DNA of 64,000 nt. Source: an uncultured Candidatus Rokubacteria bacterium. Lineage in GTDB: Bacteria; Methylomirabilota; Methylomirabilia; Rokubacteriales; CSP1-6. The stretch lies in assembly GCA_963754315.1 (NCBI GenBank), contig CAVWFS010000008.1, positions 64,001-128,000 of the forward strand. The letters are read 5' to 3'. Shown here piece by piece: positions 31,519 through 40,795 of this stretch. The notes beneath the pieces were generated by a model. It worked only from the letters and a program-made list of their open reading frames with translations. It made no database searches and was not told the DNA's origin. Made by a program: the position numbers and the translations under genes. Each line of letters begins with the position of its first letter. The first letter of the stretch is position 1.

Positions 31519-31887
31519 CCTGCCGGCAGTCAAGGAGTGTCTGATTCCCTCGATGGCCCTCTACCGTCTCCCGCGACTGATCGGTCTGGCGCGAGCGAAG
31601 GAGCTGATCCTGCTGGGGGAATCGATCACCGCGCGCGAGGGTGAGCGCATCGGCCTCGTGAACCGGGCGGTGGCGCGGGCAGACTTTGCCAAGGCACTCG
31701 ACGAGACGGTGGAGCGGTTCCTGGCCCTGCCGGTGGTCAGCGCGATGGCGAGCAAGCGCCTGAGCACGCGCGCCTTCGATCTCGACTTCGAGACGTTCCG
31801 CCAGGAGATGAACACGGCCCTGGCCGGGTGCTTCACGTCCGACGAGCACACGCGCGCGATGGCCAGCATCCGCTCGAGACAACGGAG
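31519..31887 (+). repeat. 369-bp direct repeat, copy 2 (orphan 3' half of the enoyl-CoA hydratase gene)
   Basis: Near-identical to 29242-29610; lacks the 5' half of the gene. Confidence 0.92.
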
Positions 31888-31969
31888 CTGAGGCGAGCAC
31901 GTTTTCTCCCCGCGTGTGTATCTGGTTTGAGACATTGCTCGGCCCAGCGAGCGCGGCTAGAGTGAGGGC

Positions 31970-32545
31970 ATGGCGCAAACCCCGCTGGCGCTCCGCCGCT
32001 GGAGCCGCGTCGAATACGACCGCCTCGTCGATCTCGGCGTCTTTGCGGGGGAGCCCCTCGAGCTCATCGGCGGCCAGCTCATGGTGGCTGAGCCGCAGGG
32101 CGCGTATCACGTCTCGGCGATCGGCACCGCCGACTACGCGTTGCGGGCGGTCCTTCCCGCGGGCTGGATCGTGCGCACCCAGGCGCCCGTGGCGCTCGAC
32201 GACGAATCGGAGCCCGAGCCGGATCTGGCTGTGGTCCCGGGTCGCCCCGCCGACTATCGGGCGGCGCACCCGAACCGTCCCGCACTCGCCATCGAAGTGG
32301 CCGATTCCAGCCTCGGCTTCGACCGCCGGCAGAAGGGCAGCCTCTACGCGCGGGCCGGCATCCAGGACTACTGGATCGTGAACCTCGTCGATCGGGTGCT
32401 CGAGGTCTACCGGGATCCTGCGCCGGACCCGGCCGCAGCGTATGGTTGGCGCTACCGCTCGGTCACGACCTTGGTGCCGCCGGCCATCGTCGTGCCTCTC
32501 GCCTTCGCGTCCAGCCAGATCGTCGTCGCCGACCTGCTGCCGTAG
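31970..32545 (+). CDS. Uma2 (DUF820) family endonuclease-fold protein
   Basis: LELIGG, SEPEPDLAVV, IEVADSSL..DR..K..LYARAGIQDYWIVNL. Confidence 0.9.
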   Translation: MAQTPLALRRWSRVEYDRLVDLGVFAGEPLELIGGQLMVAEPQGAYHVSAIGTADYALRAVLPAGWIVRTQAPVALDDESEPEPDLAVVPGRPADYRAAHPNRPALAIEVADSSLGFDRRQKGSLYARAGIQDYWIVNLVDRVLEVYRDPAPDPAAAYGWRYRSVTTLVPPAIVVPLAFASSQIVVADLLP

Positions 32546-32618
32546 CGGCGGCGCCTACTGCCGGACGTACACGGCGCCGGGCTCATCGCTGGCCCGTGTT
32601 CGTCATAGTCGGAGACAC

Positions 32619-33966
32619 ATGGTGGTGAAGCCGCTGCCGCGAGGACCCAAAGGGCGCTTTCTGCTCGGAAGCGGCCCTGCCCTCGCCCGCGATCAGCTGG
32701 GCTTCTACGTCGCGTGCGCACGCGAATACGGCGACGTCGTCCCGGTGCGCCTGGGGCCGCGGCGGGCGCTCCTGATCTATCACCCGGACGCCATCGAGGA
32801 CGTGTTGGTGACGCGGAGCCGCGATTTCATCAAGAGTCCCGGTGTTCGCCTGCTGGGTTGGCTCCTGGGAGAGGGGCTCCTGCTCTCCGAGGGCGACTTC
32901 TGGCTACGCCAGCGGCGTCTCGTGCAGCCGGCCTTCCACCGCCAGCGCTTGGCGGCGTACGGCGAGGTCATGACGGCGTACACCTCACGCCGGGTTGACG
33001 CCTGGAAGGACGGCGACGTGCGCGACGTCCACATGGAGATGATGGCCCTCACTCAGGCGATCGTGGCCAAGACTCTCTTCGATGCCGACATCGCCGACGC
33101 GAGCGAGAGCCATGCTATCGGGCAGGCCTCGAAGGTCCTGATGGAGGACTTCGGCATCCGCGTGGGCAGCGCTCTGCAGCTCATCCCTCGCTGGGTGCCA
33201 ACACCGGCCAACCTGAGAACACGCCGGGCCATCCGACGCCTTGACCAGGTTGTCTACCGCATGATCGCCGCCCGGCGGCGGAGCGACGAGGACCGCGGCG
33301 ACCTGCTCTCCATCCTCTTACACGCGCAGGATGCCGACGACGGAAGCCGGATGACCAACCGTCAGGTCCGCGACGAGGTCATGACTCTCTTCATGGCTGG
33401 GCACGAGACCACGGCGGTGGCGCTCTCCTGGACTTGGTATCTGCTCGCCCACCATCCGGAGGCCGATGCGAAGCTCGCCGCGGAACTAGCAGACAGTCGT
33501 CGGCGATCGAAATCTTACGGTGGCTGACCTCCCGAAGCTCACCTACGCCGAGATGATCGTGACCGAATCGATGCGGCTCTACCCGCCGGCTTATGCCATG
33601 GGGCGTCAGGCGACGAGGCAGACGGAAATCGGCGGATATGCCGTCGCGCCCGGCACGATTGTGATCCTGCCGACATGGGTGGTGCATCGCGATCCGCGCT
33701 GGTACGAGGCACCCGAGGCGTTCCGTCCCGAGCGCTGGGCCGACGACCCGGGCCGACGGCTGCCACGCTTCGCCTACTTTCCGTTCGGGGGCGGACCGCG
33801 CCAGTGCATCGGCAACGGGTTCGCAATGATGGAAGCAATCTTGGTCCTGGCCACGATCGCCCGTCGCTTCCGGCTCACGATGGAACCTGGCCAGCGCATC
33901 ACGCCCACGCCCTACGTGACGGTGCGTCCCGAGCCGGGCCTGCGCATGCGACTAGCGCTCCGGTGA
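32619..33966 (+). CDS. Cytochrome P450 (frameshift near 33490-33520)
   Basis: AGHETT in the first frame; ESMR (ExxR), PERW and FPFGGGPRQCIG heme motif in the second frame. Confidence 0.9.
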
Positions 33967-33998
33967 CGGATGGCGACGATTTCCACCTCCGCGGCCGG

Positions 33999-34283
33999 TC
34001 ACGACCCTGGCGCCGTCTCATACGGCTCGTCGGTCCGCGGAGCGTTGGGCGCTTGCTCATCGAGTGACTGACGATACCGCACGCAGCCTCGTATGAACTC
34101 TGGCCATTCAGGCACGACAGGTAGAGGATCTGTCCTTTCGGGCAGAAGACCCCACAGTGAAGGATGGTGCCAACAGAGTTGATGGCGGCTGCTGTCGCGA
34201 TGCTCACGGATGCCTTTCCGCAGTTTCTTCACGTGGGCAATGAGCTCTTCACGTGTCATCTGGTCAAGGTCGGTGTCTATCAT
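33999..34283 (-). CDS. Small conserved-looking hypothetical protein
   Basis: MIDTDLDQMTREELI...HRDS..HQLCWHHP..W.LLPE...FIRGCVRYRQSLD. Confidence 0.65.
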   Translation of the reverse strand: MIDTDLDQMTREELIAHVKKLRKGIREHRDSSRHQLCWHHPSLWGLLPERTDPLPVVPEWPEFIRGCVRYRQSLDEQAPNAPRTDEPYETAPGS

Positions 34284-34348
34284 CGCTCCAGCATCCTCTC
34301 CATCAGGGACTGCCGACCGGGCTGAGCCACCCAGTCGACGGCGCCGCG

Positions 34349-35098
34349 TCAGTGGACGACGGAGCCGCCGTCCACGGCGATGGTCTGCCCGGTGATGAAG
34401 TCGCTGTCGTCGGAAGCCAGAAAGACGATGGTGCCTACCAGGTCGGCCGGGACCTGAGCCCGCTTGAGCATCCGCATCCGGATGTTCCCCTCCTTCTGCT
34501 CGGCCGAGCTGTTCTTCTCGTTCTCCCCGCTCAAGGTGAAGCCTGGGGCCACCGCGGTCACCCGAATCCCGAAGTCTCCGAGCTCGCGGGCCAGCGAGCG
34601 GGTGAACCCGACCACACCGCCCTTGGACGTCGTGTAGTGGATGAAGTTTGGCACCCCCCTGAAGAAGGTGCTGGAGGCGATGTTGATGATCTTGCCCTTG
34701 CCCTGGGCCTTCATGGCCGGGAAGACAGCCCGCGCGCACAGGAAGAGGCCTCGCAGGTTGACCGCCATCACCCGATCCCACTCCGCCACCGGGATCTCCA
34801 TGAACGACCGGCGCTGAAGGGTCCCGTAGATGGCGGCATTGTTCACGAGCACATCGATGCGACCGAACCGCTGGACGGCCTCCATGGCCAGCCGCAACGT
34901 CTCGTCCTCGCGAGACACGTCGCAGATGACACCGAGGGCCTGCCCGCCTCGGGCCTCGACCTCCTTGACCGTCGGCTGCGGATCAGCGATATCCGCCACG
35001 ACCACGTGCGCGCCCTCCGCGGCCAGCCCGAGCGCGTAGGCGCGGCCGATGCCCAACCCGCCTCCGGTGACAATGACGACCTTGTCTGTCAGTCGCAT
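34349..35098 (-). CDS. SDR family oxidoreductase
   Basis: TGGGLGIG, NNAA, YTTSK, VDGG. Confidence 0.92.
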   Translation of the reverse strand: MRLTDKVVIVTGGGLGIGRAYALGLAAEGAHVVVADIADPQPTVKEVEARGGQALGVICDVSREDETLRLAMEAVQRFGRIDVLVNNAAIYGTLQRRSFMEIPVAEWDRVMAVNLRGLFLCARAVFPAMKAQGKGKIINIASSTFFRGVPNFIHYTTSKGGVVGFTRSLARELGDFGIRVTAVAPGFTLSGENEKNSSAEQKEGNIRMRMLKRAQVPADLVGTIVFLASDDSDFITGQTIAVDGGSVVH

Positions 35099-35133
35099 GG
35101 GTCCCCTCCCACAGTCCCTGGAGCTTGCGTCAA

Positions 35134-35880
35134 TCAGTGATCGCGTTCAGGCTGCCGAACGGTCGCCTTCTGCAGCAACTCGTCGTAGAAGCTGGCCAAG
35201 GTCTCCAGCATCGGGGTGGCCGTGCCGGAGAACGACGAGCCATGCATCACGGCCAAGGTGCTGGGCTCGAGCCTGGCCAGTCGGCGGATGGTGGCGCCCG
35301 TCGCCGGTGTGACCGCGGTGTAGCCGAACTGCTTCTCTGCCTCGATCGCCGGACCGATGAGGTCGCCCGCGGTCACCGCGGGAGGATTGCCCACGTGCGT
35401 GAAGAGGTCGCTCGTGAACAGCGTTCCCGTGATCTCCTCGTAGAGCAGCCCCGCGTCCCAGCAGTGCGGCACGTGCGGGGTGTCCAGGCGCCGCACCCGG
35501 CGGCCGCCGAGGTCGAGCACTTCGCCGTCGGCCAGCGCGCGTGGTGGCCGCGGGGACTGGTCGTTGAGCCAGATGGCGCAGCCGATGGCCCCGTGGGTGA
35601 CGGTGGCGGTGGGCGCGGCGTCGAGCCATTCGCCGAGGGCGCCACACTCGTCGGACTCGATGTGGCTGAAGGCGATCCAACGCAGGCGGCGCAGATCCAT
35701 GATGCTGGCGGCGGCTTGGGAAACAGTCGGGAACAGGGCTCGCTGGCCGCAGTGGAACAGCAGCGGCTCCTCGGCGTCCACCAGGAACTGGTTGAAGGTG
35801 AAGCCGCGCGGCCCCACGGCGGGCAGGAACGTCGAGAGCCGGTAGATGCGCTCGGCGATCTCGTCGACTTTGGTGTCCAT
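35134..35880 (-). CDS. MBL-fold di-iron protein (ODP/FprA N-terminal-like)
   Basis: FNQFL, SHIESDECG, TPHVPHCWD, SDLF, MHGS. Confidence 0.8.
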   Translation of the reverse strand: MDTKVDEIAERIYRLSTFLPAVGPRGFTFNQFLVDAEEPLLFHCGQRALFPTVSQAAASIMDLRRLRWIAFSHIESDECGALGEWLDAAPTATVTHGAIGCAIWLNDQSPRPPRALADGEVLDLGGRRVRRLDTPHVPHCWDAGLLYEEITGTLFTSDLFTHVGNPPAVTAGDLIGPAIEAEKQFGYTAVTPATGATIRRLARLEPSTLAVMHGSSFSGTATPMLETLASFYDELLQKATVRQPERDH

Positions 35881-35946
35881 CCCGACCTCCGGCGCAATTA
35901 TAGTCGCTGCCTGGATCGACTGGTAAACTGGTACCGAGGTCGAGTC

Positions 35947-38364
35947 ATGACATCCCGCGAGCCCTCGACGGATGTTCGCGCTACCTTAGCGGCCCACGCG
36001 GCAAGCTTTCCGTTCTCCTGCGAGCTGAGCCTGCGTCCGCTGGCTGCCTTCTGGGAGTCGCTGATGGCGCGCAACGACGCGGTCTTCGGGCCGCTGGGCC
36101 GCCACATTCGGACGGGCCTGCTGGAGGCCCCAGAGTTGCTGGAGCCCATCGAGGACCTCGCCCTGCTCGGACGGCATCGCGCGCTCGTCGAGTCGATGAT
36201 GGCCGCCGTGTTCTCACCCGCCACCTGGGAGGGAGAGTACGCGGCCGCCCTCATGCCCTTCCGCATGCGGAGCTTCTACGGTACGCCGGCCTTCGACCGG
36301 TCGCTGCGGGGACCGGACGGCGTGCTCAAGGGGAGCGTCAACGTCGACGAGAGCACGGCGGTGAGTGTTCACGTCCTGAGCGCCTACGAGATCGTGCTGC
36401 GTCAGATCTACGGGATCGAGCTCGGCCTCGACTATCCCATCGTGCTCTCCGTCCCCTGGCCTCTGGTGGGGTTCAAGCGCCACTTCAAGCTGGTCTTCGA
36501 TCCGCGTTTCATCGAGGTGCGCACGCGGGGGGCGGTGCCGCCCTTGCCACCGAACGCGGCGGAGTGGATCCGCGAGACGCTGCTCGAGCGAGGCCCCCTC
36601 GACGCGATCATTCCCGCCGACCAGTTCGTGATCTCCGGGTTTGCCGTGCTCCGGGCGTTCGACGTGACCGACCACGAGGTGCTCTCCACGCTCAAGCGTG
36701 ATCTCATCGAGCGGGAGTCGATCGTCTCCAACGCGCGCTTTCAGGCCCTGCAGGACAAGCTGCGCATTCTCTTTCGTCGTCCCGAGCTGCAATTCGGTCT
36801 GGCCGCCATCGAGGGGGACCGGGTGCTCTACCTCAACCATGGTGCCCGCACGGATCAGGCATGCCTCTTCGCCAACTCCGTTCATCACCGGCGCCAGGAT
36901 TTTGCGGGAACGGTTTACGAGCGCGCCGTGAACGAGGGCCGACCGGTCATTGTGCGTGATTTGACGACGCAGCTGCGCCGCACTCCCCTCGAGGAGCTTG
37001 CCCTCCAGCACGGCGTGCGGGCGCTGCTGGTGGCCCCCCTCTACTATCAGGACGAGCTCATCGGCACCATTGCGCTCAAGTCACCGCGCCCGGGGGATTT
37101 CGACGCGACTCACTTGCCCGTCCTCAACGAGGTCCTGCCGCTCTTCTCGATGGCCGTGAAGCGCAGCGTCGACGAGCTGGAGGGGCGGATTCAGGCCTTC
37201 ATCAAGGAGAAGTGCACGGCCATCCACCCCGTGGTCGAGTGGCGCTTCCGCCAGGCGGTACTCCACGGGTTCGAGCATCAGGAACCGGGGACTGACGGCT
37301 TCCCCGCCGAGATGGAGCCGATCATCTTCCAGGAGGTGTACCCGCTCTACGCGCTCGCCGATATTCGTGGCTCGGCGACCGAGCGCGCTCGGGCCATCCA
37401 GTCCGATTTGTTCGCCCAGCTGGCCCTGGCCGGGGACGTGCTCCAGGCTGCCCACGACGTGCGGCAGCTCCCTGTCCTCGACCACTTGGCGCACCGTGTG
37501 CTCGGTCAGCGGGCCCGGGTCGAGGTCTCGCTGGGGACAGGTGACGAGACCGGCATCATCACGTTCCTGCGCCGGGAAATCGAGCCCCTCTTCGACCATC
37601 TGCAGACCTTTGGCGGACGCGTGCCCGAGCGTATCGACGCCTACCGACGGGCCCTCGACCCCACCCTGGGTGTGGTGTACGTGCGTCGCAAGGCGTTCGA
37701 GGAGAGCGTCACCGCTATTAGCGATGAGATCTCCGCCTACCTGGATCTGGAGGAACAGGCGGCCCAGGGCATGTTCCCCCACTACTTCGAGAAGCAGAAG
37801 ACCGACGGCGTGGACTACACCATCTACCTGGGTGCCTCCCTGCGCGAGGACTCGACGTTTGATCCGCTCTACCTTCGCAACATGCGCCTGTGGCAGCTCA
37901 TGGTCGCCTGCGGCATCGCCGCCCGCGTGGACCGGCTCAAAGCGCGACTGCCGGTCGCGCTTGACACCACGAACCTCATCCTCGTTCAGCACACGCCCCT
38001 GGCCATCCGCTTCCGGTTCGACGAAAAGCGCTTTGACGTGGACGGCGCCTACAACGCCCGCTACGAGATCATCAAGCGACGAATCGACAAGGCGTTGATC
38101 CAGGGGACGACGGAGCGGCTGACCCAGCCGGGTCGGATCGCTATCGTGTACTCACAACGGGGCGAGGGCGCCGAGTACCGCGACTACCTCGAGTACCTTC
38201 AGCAGCTCGGCTATCTCGGATCCGTCATCGAGGATCTGGAGGTGGAGGCCGTCCCCGGCTCGCCGAGCATGCGCGCCCTGCGGGTCGAAATCGACCTGGC
38301 GCGCTTTCCCGCCGACGGTCCGAGATCTTCGGCGATCGACGTGCTCGCTACCGCCGCTGGCTAG
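35947..38364 (+). CDS. Large GAF-domain protein with conserved uncharacterised C-terminal domain
   Basis: Central GAF (ALLVAPLYYQDELIGTIAL); CTAIHPVVEWRF, HYFEKQKTDGVDY and RFRFDEKRFDVDGAYNARYEIIKRRIDKA motifs. Start set at ATG 35947. Confidence 0.8.
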   Translation: MTSREPSTDVRATLAAHAASFPFSCELSLRPLAAFWESLMARNDAVFGPLGRHIRTGLLEAPELLEPIEDLALLGRHRALVESMMAAVFSPATWEGEYAAALMPFRMRSFYGTPAFDRSLRGPDGVLKGSVNVDESTAVSVHVLSAYEIVLRQIYGIELGLDYPIVLSVPWPLVGFKRHFKLVFDPRFIEVRTRGAVPPLPPNAAEWIRETLLERGPLDAIIPADQFVISGFAVLRAFDVTDHEVLSTLKRDLIERESIVSNARFQALQDKLRILFRRPELQFGLAAIEGDRVLYLNHGARTDQACLFANSVHHRRQDFAGTVYERAVNEGRPVIVRDLTTQLRRTPLEELALQHGVRALLVAPLYYQDELIGTIALKSPRPGDFDATHLPVLNEVLPLFSMAVKRSVDELEGRIQAFIKEKCTAIHPVVEWRFRQAVLHGFEHQEPGTDGFPAEMEPIIFQEVYPLYALADIRGSATERARAIQSDLFAQLALAGDVLQAAHDVRQLPVLDHLAHRVLGQRARVEVSLGTGDETGIITFLRREIEPLFDHLQTFGGRVPERIDAYRRALDPTLGVVYVRRKAFEESVTAISDEISAYLDLEEQAAQGMFPHYFEKQKTDGVDYTIYLGASLREDSTFDPLYLRNMRLWQLMVACGIAARVDRLKARLPVALDTTNLILVQHTPLAIRFRFDEKRFDVDGAYNARYEIIKRRIDKALIQGTTERLTQPGRIAIVYSQRGEGAEYRDYLEYLQQLGYLGSVIEDLEVEAVPGSPSMRALRVEIDLARFPADGPRSSAIDVLATAAG

Positions 38365-38367
38365 ACG

Positions 38368-38991
38368 TTACCCCGAGCGACGCCGGGCCCCGACTCGTTC
38401 CAGGAGCTGCACCAGAACTTCGTAGGGTTGAGCGCCAACCACACCATGGCCGTCGGCCACGAACGTTGGAACGCCGGTCACGCCGTACTCGCGCGATTTC
38501 GCCCAGTCACGGTCGACGGCGTCCTTGAAGCGGCGCTCGCTCAGCACTGCCCGCGCCTCCTCGACGGGAAGCCTGACCGTGTGGGCCAGCTCGAGGAGGA
38601 CCTCGGGGTCGCCAATATTGCGGGCGTCGACGAAGTAGGCTCGGTACAGCGCGTCGTGGAGCGCCGCACCGCCCGGCTGTGTGTCGGCCCACTTCCCGAG
38701 CTCCTGGGCGAGCCGGCTGTTGTAGGTGTGCGTGCGGCGGCCGTAGGGCAGGCCTTCCTGGTCCATGAGGCCCTTCATGCGCGCGTGCATCGCCTCGGGG
38801 TCAAGCTTGCGCTCCGCATAGAACGTGGCCATCTCCCGTCCTTCGGGGGGCGTCTCCGGATGCAGCGGGAAATGGACCAGAACGGGCTCGATGTCATAGG
38901 CCTGCTGGAGCTTCTCAATACGCACGGTACTGAGATAGCACCAGGGTCAGACGTAGTCGGTGAAGATCTCAAACTGCATGGGCTGGGTCAT
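38368..38991 (-). CDS. DsbA/FrnE-family selenoprotein (UGA=Sec at codon 15, UPWC motif)
   Basis: GGAGG then ATG 38991: MTQPMQFEIFTDYV-UGA(38947-38949)-PWCYLS, in frame with ORF 38368-38925 (FPLHP, GVTGVPTF, GAQPY). SECIS-like hairpin follows. Confidence 0.88.
38913..38935 (-). promoter_or_regulatory. SECIS-like hairpin of the Sec-DsbA gene
   Basis: mRNA UCUCAGUAC-CGUGC-GUAUUGAGA: 9-bp stem with one G-U pair; loop starts after 20 nt downstream of the UGA. Confidence 0.65.
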
Positions 38992-39050
38992 CGTCATCCT
39001 CCGCACGCGAAATCTCTGCCATATCTTAGAGCATACTGAACGTCATGGGG

Positions 39051-39830
39051 ATGGCTGAGTCCGGTGCTTTGAACGGGAAGGTCGCTCTCATCACGGGCGC
39101 AGCGACCGGCATCGGCCGGGCGAGCGCGTTGCTGTTCGCCCAGGCCGGCGCCAAGGTCGCCCTCGCCGACGTGCGCGCGCCGGAGCTGGCGGTGACGGTC
39201 GAGACCCTCCGCGCGGCCGGCGGTGAGGCGGAGTCGCTGACGGCCGATCTGAGCCGGCCCGCCGATTGCGCGGCGGTCGTGGGGAAGGCGGTGGCAGCAT
39301 TCGGCCGGCTCGACGTGCTTCTCAACAACGCCGGCGTGGGGACGATGGTCGTCGGCGGCACCGTGGAGACCATCGGGCTCGAGCACTGGGATCTCGCCCA
39401 GGACGTCAACGTTCGCGCGATCTACCTGGTCAGCCGGGCGGCGGTGCCGCACATGAAACGCGCGGGCGGGGCCATCGTCAACATCGCGTCGGTGTCCGCC
39501 TTTCGCGGTTCGGTGGAGCGCCCCAGTCATGCGTATGCGGCTTCGAAAGGAGCGGTGTTGGCGCTCACGCGGGCGATGGCGGCGTCGTACGGCCGCGATC
39601 GCATTCGCGTTAATGCCATCTGCCCAGGGACAATCCGTACGCGCCTGACGGCCGATATCGTCGAGCGTGTCGAGACCGCGGCCAAGGAGGGCCGGGGCAT
39701 CCCGCTGGGGCGGGTGGGAGAGCCCGAGGATATTGCCCGCTGCGCGCTCTTCCTCGCCTCCGACGACGCCGCGTTCATCTCGGGGGCCCACATCGTGGTT
39801 GACGGCGGCGCCATGGCCGCCGCGACCTAG
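39051..39830 (+). CDS. SDR family oxidoreductase
   Basis: TGAATGIG, NNAG, YAASK, VDGG. Confidence 0.92.
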   Translation: MAESGALNGKVALITGAATGIGRASALLFAQAGAKVALADVRAPELAVTVETLRAAGGEAESLTADLSRPADCAAVVGKAVAAFGRLDVLLNNAGVGTMVVGGTVETIGLEHWDLAQDVNVRAIYLVSRAAVPHMKRAGGAIVNIASVSAFRGSVERPSHAYAASKGAVLALTRAMAASYGRDRIRVNAICPGTIRTRLTADIVERVETAAKEGRGIPLGRVGEPEDIARCALFLASDDAAFISGAHIVVDGGAMAAAT

Positions 39831-39832
39831 CT

Positions 39833-40765
39833 ATGCCCCCGATGGAACCCATCACGATCAAGTTCGGCGGCTATCAACCGCCGGCGTCGATTCACAATCA
39901 AGCGGCCCGGCGGTTCGGCGAGCTGCTGGCGCAAACGCTGGGCGATCGGATCGCATTCGAGTTGATCGGCAGCGTTCTCGACCTGGGCCGGCCCTCGGGT
40001 GATCTGCCCCTGATGGTGGAGAGTGGCGAGCTGTCGTTCTGCTACATGTCCACCGTGCGTTTTACCGGATGGGTTCCGGAGCTCCAGATTCTGGAGCTTC
40101 CCTTCGTCATCCGCGACCGGGAGACGGCGTGGGCGGCCCTCGACGGTGAACTGGGCGCGCGCTTCACGCGGCGCCTGGAGGCCGCGACACCGTTCCAGGT
40201 GATCGGGCTCTGGGACAACGGATTCCGCCACCTGTCCAATCGCGTCCGGCCTCTTCGTCGGCCCCAGGATTGCCGCGGGCTCACCATCCGCACCCAGATG
40301 AGTGAGCTGCACGGGCAGGTGTTCCGCGCCCTCGGCTTCGAACCGATCGCGGCGGACATCAAGCAGTTCGTGACAGAGATCGCGGGCGGCCGCTTCGACG
40401 CCCAGGATAACCCGCTCACGAACATCTACACGTTCGGCGTGCATCGCCACCATCCCTACATCACGCTGAGCGGTCACTTCTTCGGCGCCAGCTTCATGAT
40501 CGTCAATGCGAGCCACTATCGGAGCTGGCCGCCCGACGTCCAGGCCGCCGTGGATGAGGCGGCACGCGAGGCGACAGCGCTGCAGCGGCGCCTCGCCGCC
40601 TCCGAGGACGAGGACGTTCTGACGAGGCTCGATCCACGCCAGAACGACGTCATCGAGCTCACCGCCGAGGAGCGGGCCGCTTTCGTGGCGGCTGTTCAGC
40701 CCGTGCTCGTCCGAAACCGGCAACGGCTCGATCCGACGCTCTTCGAGCATCTCGAGCGCGGGTGA
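39833..40765 (+). CDS. dctP: TRAP transporter substrate-binding protein (DctP family), orphan
   Basis: LELPFV, WDNGFRHL, GLTIR, DAQDNP; no dctQM adjacent and no evident signal peptide. Confidence 0.8.
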   Translation: MPPMEPITIKFGGYQPPASIHNQAARRFGELLAQTLGDRIAFELIGSVLDLGRPSGDLPLMVESGELSFCYMSTVRFTGWVPELQILELPFVIRDRETAWAALDGELGARFTRRLEAATPFQVIGLWDNGFRHLSNRVRPLRRPQDCRGLTIRTQMSELHGQVFRALGFEPIAADIKQFVTEIAGGRFDAQDNPLTNIYTFGVHRHHPYITLSGHFFGASFMIVNASHYRSWPPDVQAAVDEAAREATALQRRLAASEDEDVLTRLDPRQNDVIELTAEERAAFVAAVQPVLVRNRQRLDPTLFEHLERG

Positions 40766-40795
40766 GGGGCACGGCTGCGATATAGTGCGGACAGG

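Noticed and set aside
35125..35946. 1079-aa version of the GAF protein
   Set aside because: The extension is antisense to the MBL-fold gene; the real start is likely ATG 35947.
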